Positions 1 to 9,660 of a stretch of DNA of 64,000 nucleotides are shown here, piece after piece. Both the position numbers and the translations under genes were made by a program. The notes beneath the pieces are model-generated. The model saw only the letters and a list, made by a program, of their open reading frames with translations. It searched no databases and was not told where the DNA came from. Positions within the stretch are counted from its first letter, which is position 1. Each line of letters begins with the position of its first letter. Origin of the DNA: Lophium mytilinum (taxonomy: Eukaryota); assembly GCA_010093605.1 (NCBI GenBank), contig MU004192.1, positions 318,882 through 382,881 on the forward strand, read 5' to 3'.

Positions 1-1653
1 CACATCCACCGGCGCTGGTATACTCCATAATACAAGACCGACTGCTCTTCCTCTCACCTTCATCGACGGAATCAGAACCGCTGCTGGTGCTCGAGTTCCT
101 TCATCGTGTGGCAGATGCGCTCGAGGACTTCCTGGGCCCACCACTTCTGGCCAGCAAGATCGAGAGCTCCTATGATGTGGTGGCCCAGTTGCTCAGTGAG
201 ATGTGTGATGGAGGGCTCGTATCAAATACGGAGCCCAATGCTTTAAGAGATGTTGTTGAAGCGCCCAATTGGGTCAAAGGGCTGCTTGGTGGTGTCGGGC
301 TGCCTAGGTATGTTCGAACTCAATCTGCTTTCATCTCAGAGAGCTACAGTCATATGACCTTCTTTTCATATGCAATTTTGAGGATGATGTGCAGCTAACG
401 AATGACACAGTTCTTCGCCCTCCCTAAATCCATCGTCTCAAACCCCCTTCTCCCTCCCAAGGCCGTCTCTCCCACGCGCCCCATCAGCCGCAGCCGCCAG
501 TCCCGTCCCCTGGCGACGCGCAAACGTCCGACACACGAGCAATGAGCTCTACGTCGACATTGTCGAAACCCTCTCCATCACACTCGCGCCCTCAGGCCGG
601 CCACTCTCCGCCCTTGCTTTCGGGACCGTCGCCTTCACAGCCAAAGTCTCCGGTGTGCCAGACCTAATTCTCCAGCTCAACGCTTCGGGAGGCATCCTCA
701 ACACTATCTCCCTCCCCGTCTTCCACCCCTGCGTCCGACTCGGCCGCTGGAAGGAAAAACCCGGCGAGCTCAGTTTCGTCCCCCCAGACGGCCGATTCGT
801 CCTCGCAGGCTACGAAGCCGACCTTCTAGGCGGCGACCACCTCTCCTCCTTCACGACCTCCTCGACCTCCAAATCCCTCGCCAACCTCAACCTCCCCGCG
901 ACCGCCGACGTGCGCGTCTCCCTCGGCCCCACAGGCGCAGACTTCGAAGTCCGCCTCTCCATCTCGCCCCGCTTCCAAAACAAGCCCTCCGGCTCCTCAT
1001 CCTCATCCTCCGCCCGCGGCGGCATAGGCTCCCGCTCCGCCTCCGCCTTCTCCGCCACCGGCACCACAGCCCATCCCCACATCGAGGACGTCAAGGTCCA
1101 CATCCCCCTCCCCGCCGCCGTGCGCACCATCGCCGACCTCCGCGCCAGCAGAGGCGACGCGCAGTACGCGCCCGGCGACGCGGGGATCGAGTGGCGCGTC
1201 GCGGCCAAAGACGTCGCGGCGCTGCTAGCCAGCCACCACGGCGGCAACACCAACGCGTCCGCAACGCTCCGCGGTAGCGTCGTCGGCGAGGACGAGGAAG
1301 AGGAGGAGACGGCGCCGTCTGTGTCGCTCGAAGCGGGGAGTCGGTGGGAGTACGACGAGGACGAGAGTGGGAGCTACCAGACGTCTTCGGCCGAGCCGGT
1401 GCAGCAGCGGAATGGGAACGATAAGGGGGAGGCGGAGCAGCGGAATAAGCGGAGGGTCGCGCTGAATAAGGTGCTCATGCCTAGTTCGGCGACGGTGAGT
1501 TTCTCGGTCAAGGGGTGGTTGGCGAGCGGCATTCGGGTGGAGACGCTGATGGTGGATGTGAAGAGGAGTAAGGGGCTGGGGGCGGGGGTGACGCCGTATA
1601 AGGGGGTGAAGTATCTGACGGTTAGCAAGAGGGGGGTGGAGGCGAGGTGTTGA
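1..1653 (+). CDS. APM3: AP-3 adaptor complex mu subunit (5'-partial); intron 308-410
   Basis: LEFLHRVADALEDFLG...EMCDGG...TEPNAL splices in frame (GTATGT...GCTAAC...CAG) to VPWRRANVRHTSNELYVDIVE. Also carries FHPCVRL, SFVPPDGRF and a C-terminal PYKGVKY, all adaptin mu-homology motifs. Confidence 0.85.
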
Positions 1654-1914
1654 GAGCTAGGGGGGATGCATGGGAGGGAGGTGGTGGGGACAGGAGCATT
1701 TGTGACGATCATTGCATCCTGAATAAACTGTATATGAACAGTAGTCGCCCCTTTCTACGCTTCTTGCGGGAGTGACATGACCGCCCCTTAAAACCATACT
1801 TATACAACCTATCCACGTGCTATCCGCTTATCTAACCCTCGCCTTGGCACCTCAAATCTCCAGCCCTCCTCGCCTTCCAACACCTTTCCGCATGCAACTC
1901 CACAACCACACCTC

Positions 1915-2502
1915 CTATCCAGAATCTGACACCAGGACGTTCATCGCTAGGTCAGATAGTATTTTTAAGAAACGTCTTAGCAAGAGAGAATCGATGCCTC
2001 GTGGGGCGGGCGGTGGGTCTACGGCCTTCCACACTTGATTGGCGGTTTCGCGGCTGCCAAGAGTTGCCGAATTGGGGTGGTAAACAGAAGGGAGGGTGCA
2101 CGTGATCGCTAACACCACCCATCAGAAAACACCTCGCGCATATAGGGTTCTCAGAAGATTTATAGTCCCCAAAAGGTTCCATCTGATGAACTTCACCCGC
2201 TTACAGTCAGCCAACATAGCCGTTGTTAGCAGTGCTTCAGCTGGAAGAGATAACGGACGGCGTGTTCAGACTTGTGAGTTAGTAATGTAGGCCTCAGACT
2301 TATCGTGCGAGCGGGATAGGCGCTTCGTGCACGCCATCTCGACGAAATCAGATATCACGCGGTTCGATCTGTGACTCTGTGCAAGTAAAGCATCGAATAA
2401 GACCCCTAGATGCTGCGTTTCATCGTCCCAGTTGACGAAATTACTCGCAGGCCCACGTGCCGCGGCAATCCTTCGCTGTGAAGGCAATCCGCGAATGTGC
2501 AC
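1915..2502 (-). pseudogene. Possible degenerate gene remnant
   Basis: ORFs 2266-2502 and 1915-2118 share a frame, giving ~195 protein-like codons with two internal TGA stops. No recognisable family. Confidence 0.25.
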
Positions 2503-2841
2503 TGTTCATCGTGTCGGACTTAGTTCTAGCAACCGCAGTCAAACTTCGGCACATATAAAGAAACTGATTCGAAATGCCGAGAACAACGCCGATGGTGGTA
2601 TACGGACTTAAAACGGGATTGTCTTGGTAGCTAATTGATAGATGTCCTCCGCTCCGGCCGTACTGACTATATTACATCGAACAGTTTTGCAAATTAGCAG
2701 AGAACGCCAGTGAATAGTCTGTTCTGGAGGAGAAAGGCTGGTGCGGCTGCGGGTACCTTACCATTCATAGGTATCACCGGCTGATACACAGACAAGCCCA
2801 CGACCTGCGATACTGTGTTCAGCGCGGTGCTCGAGAGATCC

Positions 2842-5055
2842 TCATTTCCCCTCTGCCTTCTGCACCAATGCCTCCTCGAGCCCGATCGGCTCCCATACGC
2901 TCTTTTCCTTCTTGTTCTGCGCCCAGACGACGTCGCCTTTCAGGTATACCAACGCGCCGCCCTTGCCGGTCGCACTCGCTGTGATCCTGAAGAGAGGGAA
3001 GCCGGTGGTCGCGTGGGCCTCGCGCAGAGGTATGAGAAGCAGGTTTTCTTCGCTGCACCAGGCTTCCACGACATCTTTGAACGTCGCTTCTTCCACCACT
3101 TCTTTACGTGCTGACCGCGGGTCCTTTCTCGCACTTCCCGGTGCCTTCGGGGTTCCGGGTGGACCAGCCACAGGTCGTTCCGGGCCTGCTCTTGGGGGAG
3201 CCAACTCGGTCTTAGCACGATCCCCAAGATCCAACGCCTCGTTCATTAATGCGAGTCCTTTATCCCACATCTCTGCGATTGCTCGCGATGAGTTTATCTC
3301 GTCGGGGAAGTAGCCTTTCCACCACGTGAACCATTGCCCAACTTCGTCGTAGTTTGGATCTGCCGTGAGCCATTGGTGCAGTACGGTGAGCCACTTGGGG
3401 AAGAACTCGGCGAGGAACAGCTGTGCCAGTACGCTGGCTTTGAAGAAGGACTTCCATGCTAACACGCGTTCGAGAGGCTTCAAGTCTTGTTCTGCAGGAT
3501 TGACCTCGAAGTCTGAGGTAAGCTGAAGAGCGAGACGTGGCAGGAGATGCCGGACGAGCGCATTGTCGAGTTCGCCGCGTAGAACTTCTCGCCAGTTTTC
3601 CAGGCCTGGTATGACACCGCGTGAGAGATCCCAGGTGTCGAGAGCAAGTCGAAATTTCCTCTTCACGTCTACAAGAAGTCCGGAAGAGCTCCGGGGATCC
3701 GTGTGATGATCTGAGAGATATTGTAACCAAGGGAAAAGCCAAACGTGAGGGAGTGGTGTTGACGATCTCTTTTTCAATGATGTACGAGGATTCCAGTTGT
3801 GGACAGCAGTCGTAAGTTTCTGTACGATGAGCTGGTTAAGAACGTTGTTGTAGACAAATGGCGGAAGAATGTCTTTCCAGGCTTCGACAAGCGCGATGAG
3901 GGTCGCAGGCTTGCAAACATCCCACTCGTTCGTCACGGCGGTGCGAACCTTTGGCAGCCATAGAGTATAAATCATAGTTTCGTAGGCGGTGGTGGATTTG
4001 TGGCGTCGACCGGTGTCGAATGTGTCGCCGCCGTTGAGCACAGCAACTGTGTCCCTGGTGGCTATTCCGAGAATTGAGCGTAGCCGTTGGATATGAGGGA
4101 CAAGGTGCATTGGTTTCTCTAATGGGTCCCAATCGAGCATCTCCTGCTTGAAAAGAGGATGTATCGCAGCCACGGCGGCTTCCGAGAGGCCGAAATTCTG
4201 GATTTCATCCCGAAACTCGAATTGAATAGTGTCGAGCTGAGAAACCACTTCAGTCCACTTGTTCGCCGCTTCATCGGCCGTGCTGGCCTTGTTTAGATCT
4301 AGCTGGCTTAGAGCTGCAATTGCTTCTGTGACGCCTTTGACCTTCCGGATCTCCTCTTGTTGTGCCTCAATCTCCTGTTGCAGCTGGTCTTCTTCGAGGA
4401 ACAAGAATTTCTTCTTCTCCGTAACGTCATTCCAGGCGTCAGCAAAAGCTTCCAGCTCCATTCTGGCCTTCCTCGCAAGTTTTTCAGCATCGGTGTCTGA
4501 TGTGCCGCCCAACGGGGTCATCAATCCCGCAGTGGATGTGAGCAGCCTTGCCTCCTTGCCCGTCGCATCGATCAACGATTTGAGAACATTCGGGACGTGC
4601 AAGCCATCGGCGGCAGCTTCAATATCGGCGGCGGTCCTGTACTTGGTCTTGGTTCGCGCGAATCCGCTGGGTGTACTGGCGCCGCTGGCAGTTCCAGACC
4701 TCATAATCTCCTTTCGTCGCTTCCTAGCTTTCCGCTCTTCTTCCGACGAATCCTCATATACCTCTCCTCGTCTCTCGGCAGCCCGTTTGGCTTCGGCCTT
4801 TGCCTGGGCGGTCTTCTCCTTGACTGCGCCTACACCAGCGCCTTGAGGCCGCAGCTTGACCTCGATCGGATTCAGGATGCCCTCGCCTTCCTTTCCGAGA
4901 CCCTGGCCCTCCTGGTATCCCATCTTGGCCATCATCTTCTCGGCGAAGGACATCTTGGACTTTGCGCCGGCGTGGTCGCCGCCACCGTTCTTCACGCTCT
5001 TGCGACTGGCGGCATCGCTGAAGTCGCCTTTGCGCTTGAAGGCCGGGCGCTCCAT
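2842..5055 (-). CDS. SPP382: G-patch/GCFC spliceosome disassembly factor, TFIP11/Spp382(Ntr1)-like
   Basis: G-patch motif FAEKMMAKMGYQEGQGLGKEGEGILNPI, then a coiled coil and a Trp-rich GCFC region (WDPLEKP, WLFPWL, WFTWWK). First ATG is at 5055 (MERPAF). Confidence 0.85.
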   Translation of the reverse strand: MERPAFKRKGDFSDAASRKSVKNGGGDHAGAKSKMSFAEKMMAKMGYQEGQGLGKEGEGILNPIEVKLRPQGAGVGAVKEKTAQAKAEAKRAAERRGEVYEDSSEEERKARKRRKEIMRSGTASGASTPSGFARTKTKYRTAADIEAAADGLHVPNVLKSLIDATGKEARLLTSTAGLMTPLGGTSDTDAEKLARKARMELEAFADAWNDVTEKKKFLFLEEDQLQQEIEAQQEEIRKVKGVTEAIAALSQLDLNKASTADEAANKWTEVVSQLDTIQFEFRDEIQNFGLSEAAVAAIHPLFKQEMLDWDPLEKPMHLVPHIQRLRSILGIATRDTVAVLNGGDTFDTGRRHKSTTAYETMIYTLWLPKVRTAVTNEWDVCKPATLIALVEAWKDILPPFVYNNVLNQLIVQKLTTAVHNWNPRTSLKKRSSTPLPHVWLFPWLQYLSDHHTDPRSSSGLLVDVKRKFRLALDTWDLSRGVIPGLENWREVLRGELDNALVRHLLPRLALQLTSDFEVNPAEQDLKPLERVLAWKSFFKASVLAQLFLAEFFPKWLTVLHQWLTADPNYDEVGQWFTWWKGYFPDEINSSRAIAEMWDKGLALMNEALDLGDRAKTELAPPRAGPERPVAGPPGTPKAPGSARKDPRSARKEVVEEATFKDVVEAWCSEENLLLIPLREAHATTGFPLFRITASATGKGGALVYLKGDVVWAQNKKEKSVWEPIGLEEALVQKAEGK

Positions 5056-5442
5056 GGTGAGGGTGTGTGTATTAGAGGGAGGGCGGCGCGGGTCGGGGTC
5101 TCGATGGGATGAGTGAAGGTCGCACAGTGCAGGCAGAGAGTAGACAGTAGTGCTGAGGCTGGCGATAGTTGCGCAGAAAGTAGACACCAGTGCTGAGGCT
5201 GGCAATAGTTGCCGCGACCGGGATGTTTATTCTAGGCGTTGCAGCGTTGGCGTTGATTGTGGCGGTCGCTGTGGTTTCGGCTGCGATCGCCCTCTGCTTT
5301 TAGTGCCCCGTTAAACTATTTTGGGCAGCGGCCCTATCTCTCCAACGCCCGCCAATTCACTGCAACAACACTGACTGACCTCCCCGTCGCGTGCATTCCG
5401 CACCTCTCACCACCGCGGGCTCCTGACAACGCCCAAATCACC
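5056..5442. promoter_or_regulatory. Short bidirectional promoter region
   Basis: Two divergent ATGs (5055 minus, 5443 plus) are only ~390 bp apart. Confidence 0.5.
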
Positions 5443-8400
5443 ATGGACCTCCCTCGCTCTACCTCTCCGCAGCCAATGGTGCGAGTCGCGTCTCACGAGG
5501 GCCCGATAGACCTCCGCCATCCCACACCTGATCTACAATCGCTGCAAGGGGCGTACATAGGCAATGTTGAGCGCCTGGAGGAGCGCGCCGAGAGGATGAG
5601 CTCGACGGGCTCAGAACTCGGCGAAGAGATCCGCAAACTGCAGCTGGAGCAAAAGCTGTCAGACAGCCGCAAATCTTCACTCCTATCCGGCGGCGACGAC
5701 AGAGTACTACCCGCCGCTCGCTCCCGCAACGCCTCGACCAGCTCCTATACAAACTCTATTGTGGACGTCAACACCACGGCCAGATGGGGCGGCTATTCAC
5801 CTGGTGGTTTCATCACTTCCCCAATTGGCTCCATCCGCTCTGGATCGTGGTCCCAGCCATCGTTGCAAAGACAGCGTTCAGCTAGCCGCACCTCCCGCCT
5901 GGGAAATGTTATACACCCCGAGGACGAGGAGAACCACCACGATCAGACCGTTTCGCCTACCATGCACAACGCAGTGCCCCGAAGTGCCTCGCCGAAGCCA
6001 TCGAGCCGTCGGGAGTCCTCTTTCGGCCAACATTATGACCAAATAGCGCAGGAAATAACAAATGCCTTCGATTACAACCCCAACAAATCCCCTATGTCGG
6101 ATAGTCAACACCACAGCGGCTACTTCCAACACGATTTACCCGACAGGCCACCCACTGCGGCCTCCACCGACACCTACCACCAAGCTCGAACGCTCTTCCA
6201 GGACTTCGATGGGGTGCACTGTTCTCCGGTAGCAGAGGAGTTTGGTGCAAACTCTCAAAATAATGGCAGTAGGAACTCGTCTCTGCTAAGGTCAATGCCT
6301 CCTCCTCCTCAGCCAGGGCAGCCTCCACCAAACGATGGAATGGTCTTCTATCCCGCGCCTGTCCCTCGCATGTTGAATCTTCCCAAGCGCCTCTCCCAAT
6401 TGCCAGCCGCCTCCGTTCAGGCCAAGCGACGCACGCAGCTCCTGCAGTCTCTGCCACCAGACGCTCGGAAATCTGCTATATGGTTACCTGACGAAGCGCG
6501 AAACTCCTCAGACTCTGCCGACGCCGCGCAGAACCGGAAGTCTGTCATGAATCCGCGCAAGAGCGTCTCTGGCCTTCCTGCCCAGCTTCGAGCAAGCATG
6601 TTCTTCGATCAAGTTGCCGAGGCTCAGGAGTTTGAGGTCAAGGGAGAGTCAGCTGAGGAGACCCTTGACAGCATCCTGGAGGCGTCGGCGCATGCTCCGG
6701 TCGGCGCTTTCACGGACCACCCTTACGCTGGCCGTGTCGGTAATGAAGTGTACGGCAAGGAAGACGTCCGTCGCAGTACTATATCGCTACTCAATCAGGA
6801 CAAAGCCGAGGCGAGGAAAAGCCGTAGCTCTTTGAACCTGCTACGTACTCGACGCAACTCAAGTGGTGATGGACTGAATAAATTGCAGAAGCGCAATAGC
6901 ACTCAGGACCTCAACAGGTTGACCGTTCGAAACAGTAGCCACATGAGTATAGCGACTGGGCCCCTAAATGACGTTGATCAGTCATACCATCACCAAGAGG
7001 ATAACGAGGATGAACCAGGGGAACACACACCTATGCGCCACTCACTCAACGACGACCGTCTCAACGATGAGCGTGAGCACTCCCCCGAAGACCTGGGCGA
7101 AGGTGAAGAAGAGATGCCTGAAGAACCCCAAGGTCCGCAGTTCCACGGTCCTCCAACAACCCTTCTCGCCGAGTTACAGATGCGTAAGCAACTGCAGAAG
7201 AGTCGAAACGTGAATAACACGAACTTCTCTGCCGGTCTGCACTCGACTCTGCTGGAGCTCGATGCAGTTGCCCAGCTTGAGAAGAAGAAGCGCCATAACG
7301 CCAAAGTCACTTTGGCTTGGGAAGACCCCGATGCTCGGCCTGCTGTTGAAGAAGACGACGATGACGAGGTACCTCTTGGAATGCTGTACCCTCAACGGGA
7401 TGGACTCATCAACAAAGGTCGGGACAAGCCTATGGCTGCGGACTGGGACCGTCCACTGGGTCTCATTGCACAACGTGAACTAGAAGACAACGAACCTCTA
7501 AGCAAACGCCGGAACAGATTGCGTGGGGTAGATCCTCGACGAGTTCCAAGCCCTGTGAAGCGACTCGGAATGTCTCAACACTCTCCGTCAATGCCAATGC
7601 TCCCTGGCCAAGCCGCCACGCCGCCAGTGGAAGAGGAGGGCGAGGAGGAGACGCTCGCGCAACGAAAGCGTCGCCTTGCAGAGCGCCAGGTACTCGACAA
7701 TGCCATTGGCAACGTCGAGACACGCCCTATCAGCGGCGATTTCGCGAGCGAGATGATGAGCCAGTTCGGCGGTCTCAATGATGCTGAGAAGGAAGCACCA
7801 CCTGCCGTGCCGGTGGATGAAGAGGAGGAGACACTCGGCCAACGCCGTGCTCGACTTCGTCTTGAAGCTATCGCACGAGGCGAGAATCCAGATGGCGCCA
7901 CCAATGCTCTCTCTCGTCCACCACTCCGAGGCTCCCACAGCATGGCAGACCTGCTTTCAGCGCATCCCTTGGGCCCCAACTCCGCCCGCAAGGTCTCCAA
8001 CGAAGCCCTCCTCTCGAGCCTTCCTGCAGGCAGTCTGCTCCAGCAGAACGAGATGAAGCGCACTCGCCAGAAGGCCGATCTTATGGAGACCAACAAGCGC
8101 AGCACGAGCTACGGCCTCGACAAGCCGCTCATCGGCGACCTCGGAAACATCCAAGACCCCTCTCTCGTCGCGAAACCGGCGCCGTTCAAAGGCGGCGTCT
8201 ACAACAACGGCATAGGCGGTCGCGGCGGCGCAGCAGCCACCCCGCAGCCTGCCTTAGGGAACGCTCATACGAACAGCGGCTACTACCCCATGGCCAACAT
8301 GGGCATGCCCACAAGCATGTCGATGAACTTCGCGCAGCCGGGCTACTTCCCGCAGCCGAGCTTGATGCCGCAGCAGATGATGGGCTTGAATATGGGCATG

Positions 8401-8562
8401 CAGGCGCAGGGCTTCCCCCAGCCGGGCTTTGGCGGCTATCCGCAGATGAGCATGCAGCAGATGCAGCAGATGAGCTTGGCGATGCAGCAGCCGTATGATC
8501 CGGCCATGGATGCAAGGCAGAGGGATATGATTGATCGGTGGAGGCAGAGTATTATGCCGTAA
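5443..8562 (+). CDS. Hypothetical, largely disordered Ser/Pro-rich fungal protein with repeated EETLxQRR motifs and a Met/Gln-rich C-terminus
   Basis: Uninterrupted 1039-codon ORF from ATG 5443 with typical codon usage. Motifs include YPAPVPRMLNLPKRLS, PTTLLAELQMRK, DDEVPLG and a terminal IDRWRQS. Confidence 0.8.
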   Translation: MDLPRSTSPQPMVRVASHEGPIDLRHPTPDLQSLQGAYIGNVERLEERAERMSSTGSELGEEIRKLQLEQKLSDSRKSSLLSGGDDRVLPAARSRNASTSSYTNSIVDVNTTARWGGYSPGGFITSPIGSIRSGSWSQPSLQRQRSASRTSRLGNVIHPEDEENHHDQTVSPTMHNAVPRSASPKPSSRRESSFGQHYDQIAQEITNAFDYNPNKSPMSDSQHHSGYFQHDLPDRPPTAASTDTYHQARTLFQDFDGVHCSPVAEEFGANSQNNGSRNSSLLRSMPPPPQPGQPPPNDGMVFYPAPVPRMLNLPKRLSQLPAASVQAKRRTQLLQSLPPDARKSAIWLPDEARNSSDSADAAQNRKSVMNPRKSVSGLPAQLRASMFFDQVAEAQEFEVKGESAEETLDSILEASAHAPVGAFTDHPYAGRVGNEVYGKEDVRRSTISLLNQDKAEARKSRSSLNLLRTRRNSSGDGLNKLQKRNSTQDLNRLTVRNSSHMSIATGPLNDVDQSYHHQEDNEDEPGEHTPMRHSLNDDRLNDEREHSPEDLGEGEEEMPEEPQGPQFHGPPTTLLAELQMRKQLQKSRNVNNTNFSAGLHSTLLELDAVAQLEKKKRHNAKVTLAWEDPDARPAVEEDDDDEVPLGMLYPQRDGLINKGRDKPMAADWDRPLGLIAQRELEDNEPLSKRRNRLRGVDPRRVPSPVKRLGMSQHSPSMPMLPGQAATPPVEEEGEEETLAQRKRRLAERQVLDNAIGNVETRPISGDFASEMMSQFGGLNDAEKEAPPAVPVDEEEETLGQRRARLRLEAIARGENPDGATNALSRPPLRGSHSMADLLSAHPLGPNSARKVSNEALLSSLPAGSLLQQNEMKRTRQKADLMETNKRSTSYGLDKPLIGDLGNIQDPSLVAKPAPFKGGVYNNGIGGRGGAAATPQPALGNAHTNSGYYPMANMGMPTSMSMNFAQPGYFPQPSLMPQQMMGLNMGMQAQGFPQPGFGGYPQMSMQQMQQMSLAMQQPYDPAMDARQRDMIDRWRQSIMP

Positions 8563-8916
8563 CGGAACAGTAGTGATGCTTGGGTTGTATTTGGGTTGGG
8601 ATGGGTTTTGTATTGTACGACTAGGTTTGCATGATGGGCGTTCGCGGGCAAGGCGTTTTTGGAAGCTGGCTTAGCTGAGGGGCTGCTGGTCTGGGTGTCT
8701 TGAGGTTGGGGTATGGTATTACTAAAACATTTAATTTGAGCGTTTGGGTGTGGTGGGCGGAGATTTGGTGTTGCGTATGTAGTTGCGCAGCAATCAAGCG
8801 TTTTATCACAAGTCAAGTCACGTCACGAGCAGTTTACATGTTTCAAGTCTAGTGTGTGAGTGCATATTGGTTTGGTGTTTTCTATCTAAGCTGTCACTTG
8901 ATATGAAAACAGGAAA

Positions 8917-9660
8917 GCTGGGTAAAAGATGGGGGCTCCAACCATCGCACCCCATCCGTGACGGCCATCCAGGTGGATTGTGCCGTCCCCGCCCAGCGGG
9001 GGGAAATAACTTACTATAGCTCGGTAGATGACAATATATTATTATAGATAGTAGAGATGGGTAGAGATAGAATAGATGGCAAGTAGACAGTAAATGAGGA
9101 GATGTGGGAATAAATGGCAAGTAGATAGCAGAAAGATGCTGGGTAACGATGGGGGCCCCAGGCCAACGCTCCCCATCCGTGACGGCCATCCAGGCGGATA
9201 GTGCCGTCCCCGCCCAGCGGGGGGAAATGACTTACTATGGTTCGGTAGATGACAGTATATTGTTATAAATGGCAGAGATAGCTAGAGATGGGAGTAGATA
9301 GCAGATGAGGAAATATGGGAGTAGATGGCAGGTAGATAGCAGAAAGATGCTGGGTAGCGATGGGGGCCCCAGGCCAACGCACCCCATCCGTGACGGCCAT
9401 CCAGGCGGATAGTGCCGTCCCCGCCCAGCGGGGGGAAATGACTTACTATTGCTTTGTAGATGGGATGTAGATAGCTATAGATGGCAGAGATGGGTAGAGA
9501 TGGAAGTAGATGAATAGATGGAATAGGTATATGAGAGAAAGATGAGAGAGGGTAGCGATGGGGGCCCCAGCAACGCACCCCGTCCGTGTCGGCCATCCAA
9601 GTGACAGCGCCGACTCCGCCCTGCGAGGGTAGATGACTTACTATGGTTCGGTAGATGGGG
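8917..9660. repeat. Tandem array of four ~90-bp GC-rich hairpin-forming cores separated by purine-rich (GTAGAT-like) spacers
   Basis: Core GATGGGGG...CCCCATCCGTGACGGCCATCCAGG.GGAT.GTGCCGTCCCCGCCCAGCGGGGGGAAAT.ACTTACTAT starts at 8928, 9148, 9359 and 9557 (periods 220, 211, 198). Confidence 0.92.

Noticed and set aside
5056..5442. N-terminal extensions of the 787-aa and 1101-aa ORFs
   Set aside because: They start at TTG in the ORF track. The first ATGs (5055, 5443) follow pyrimidine/CA-rich leaders and fit eukaryotic initiation.
8917..9660. CRISPR array, hammerhead/HDV ribozyme, tRNA or 5S array
   Set aside because: Eukaryotic context with no cas genes, repeats of ~90 bp and spacers related to each other. 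No CUGANGA hammerhead core, HDV L3 motif or tRNA A/B boxes on either strand.
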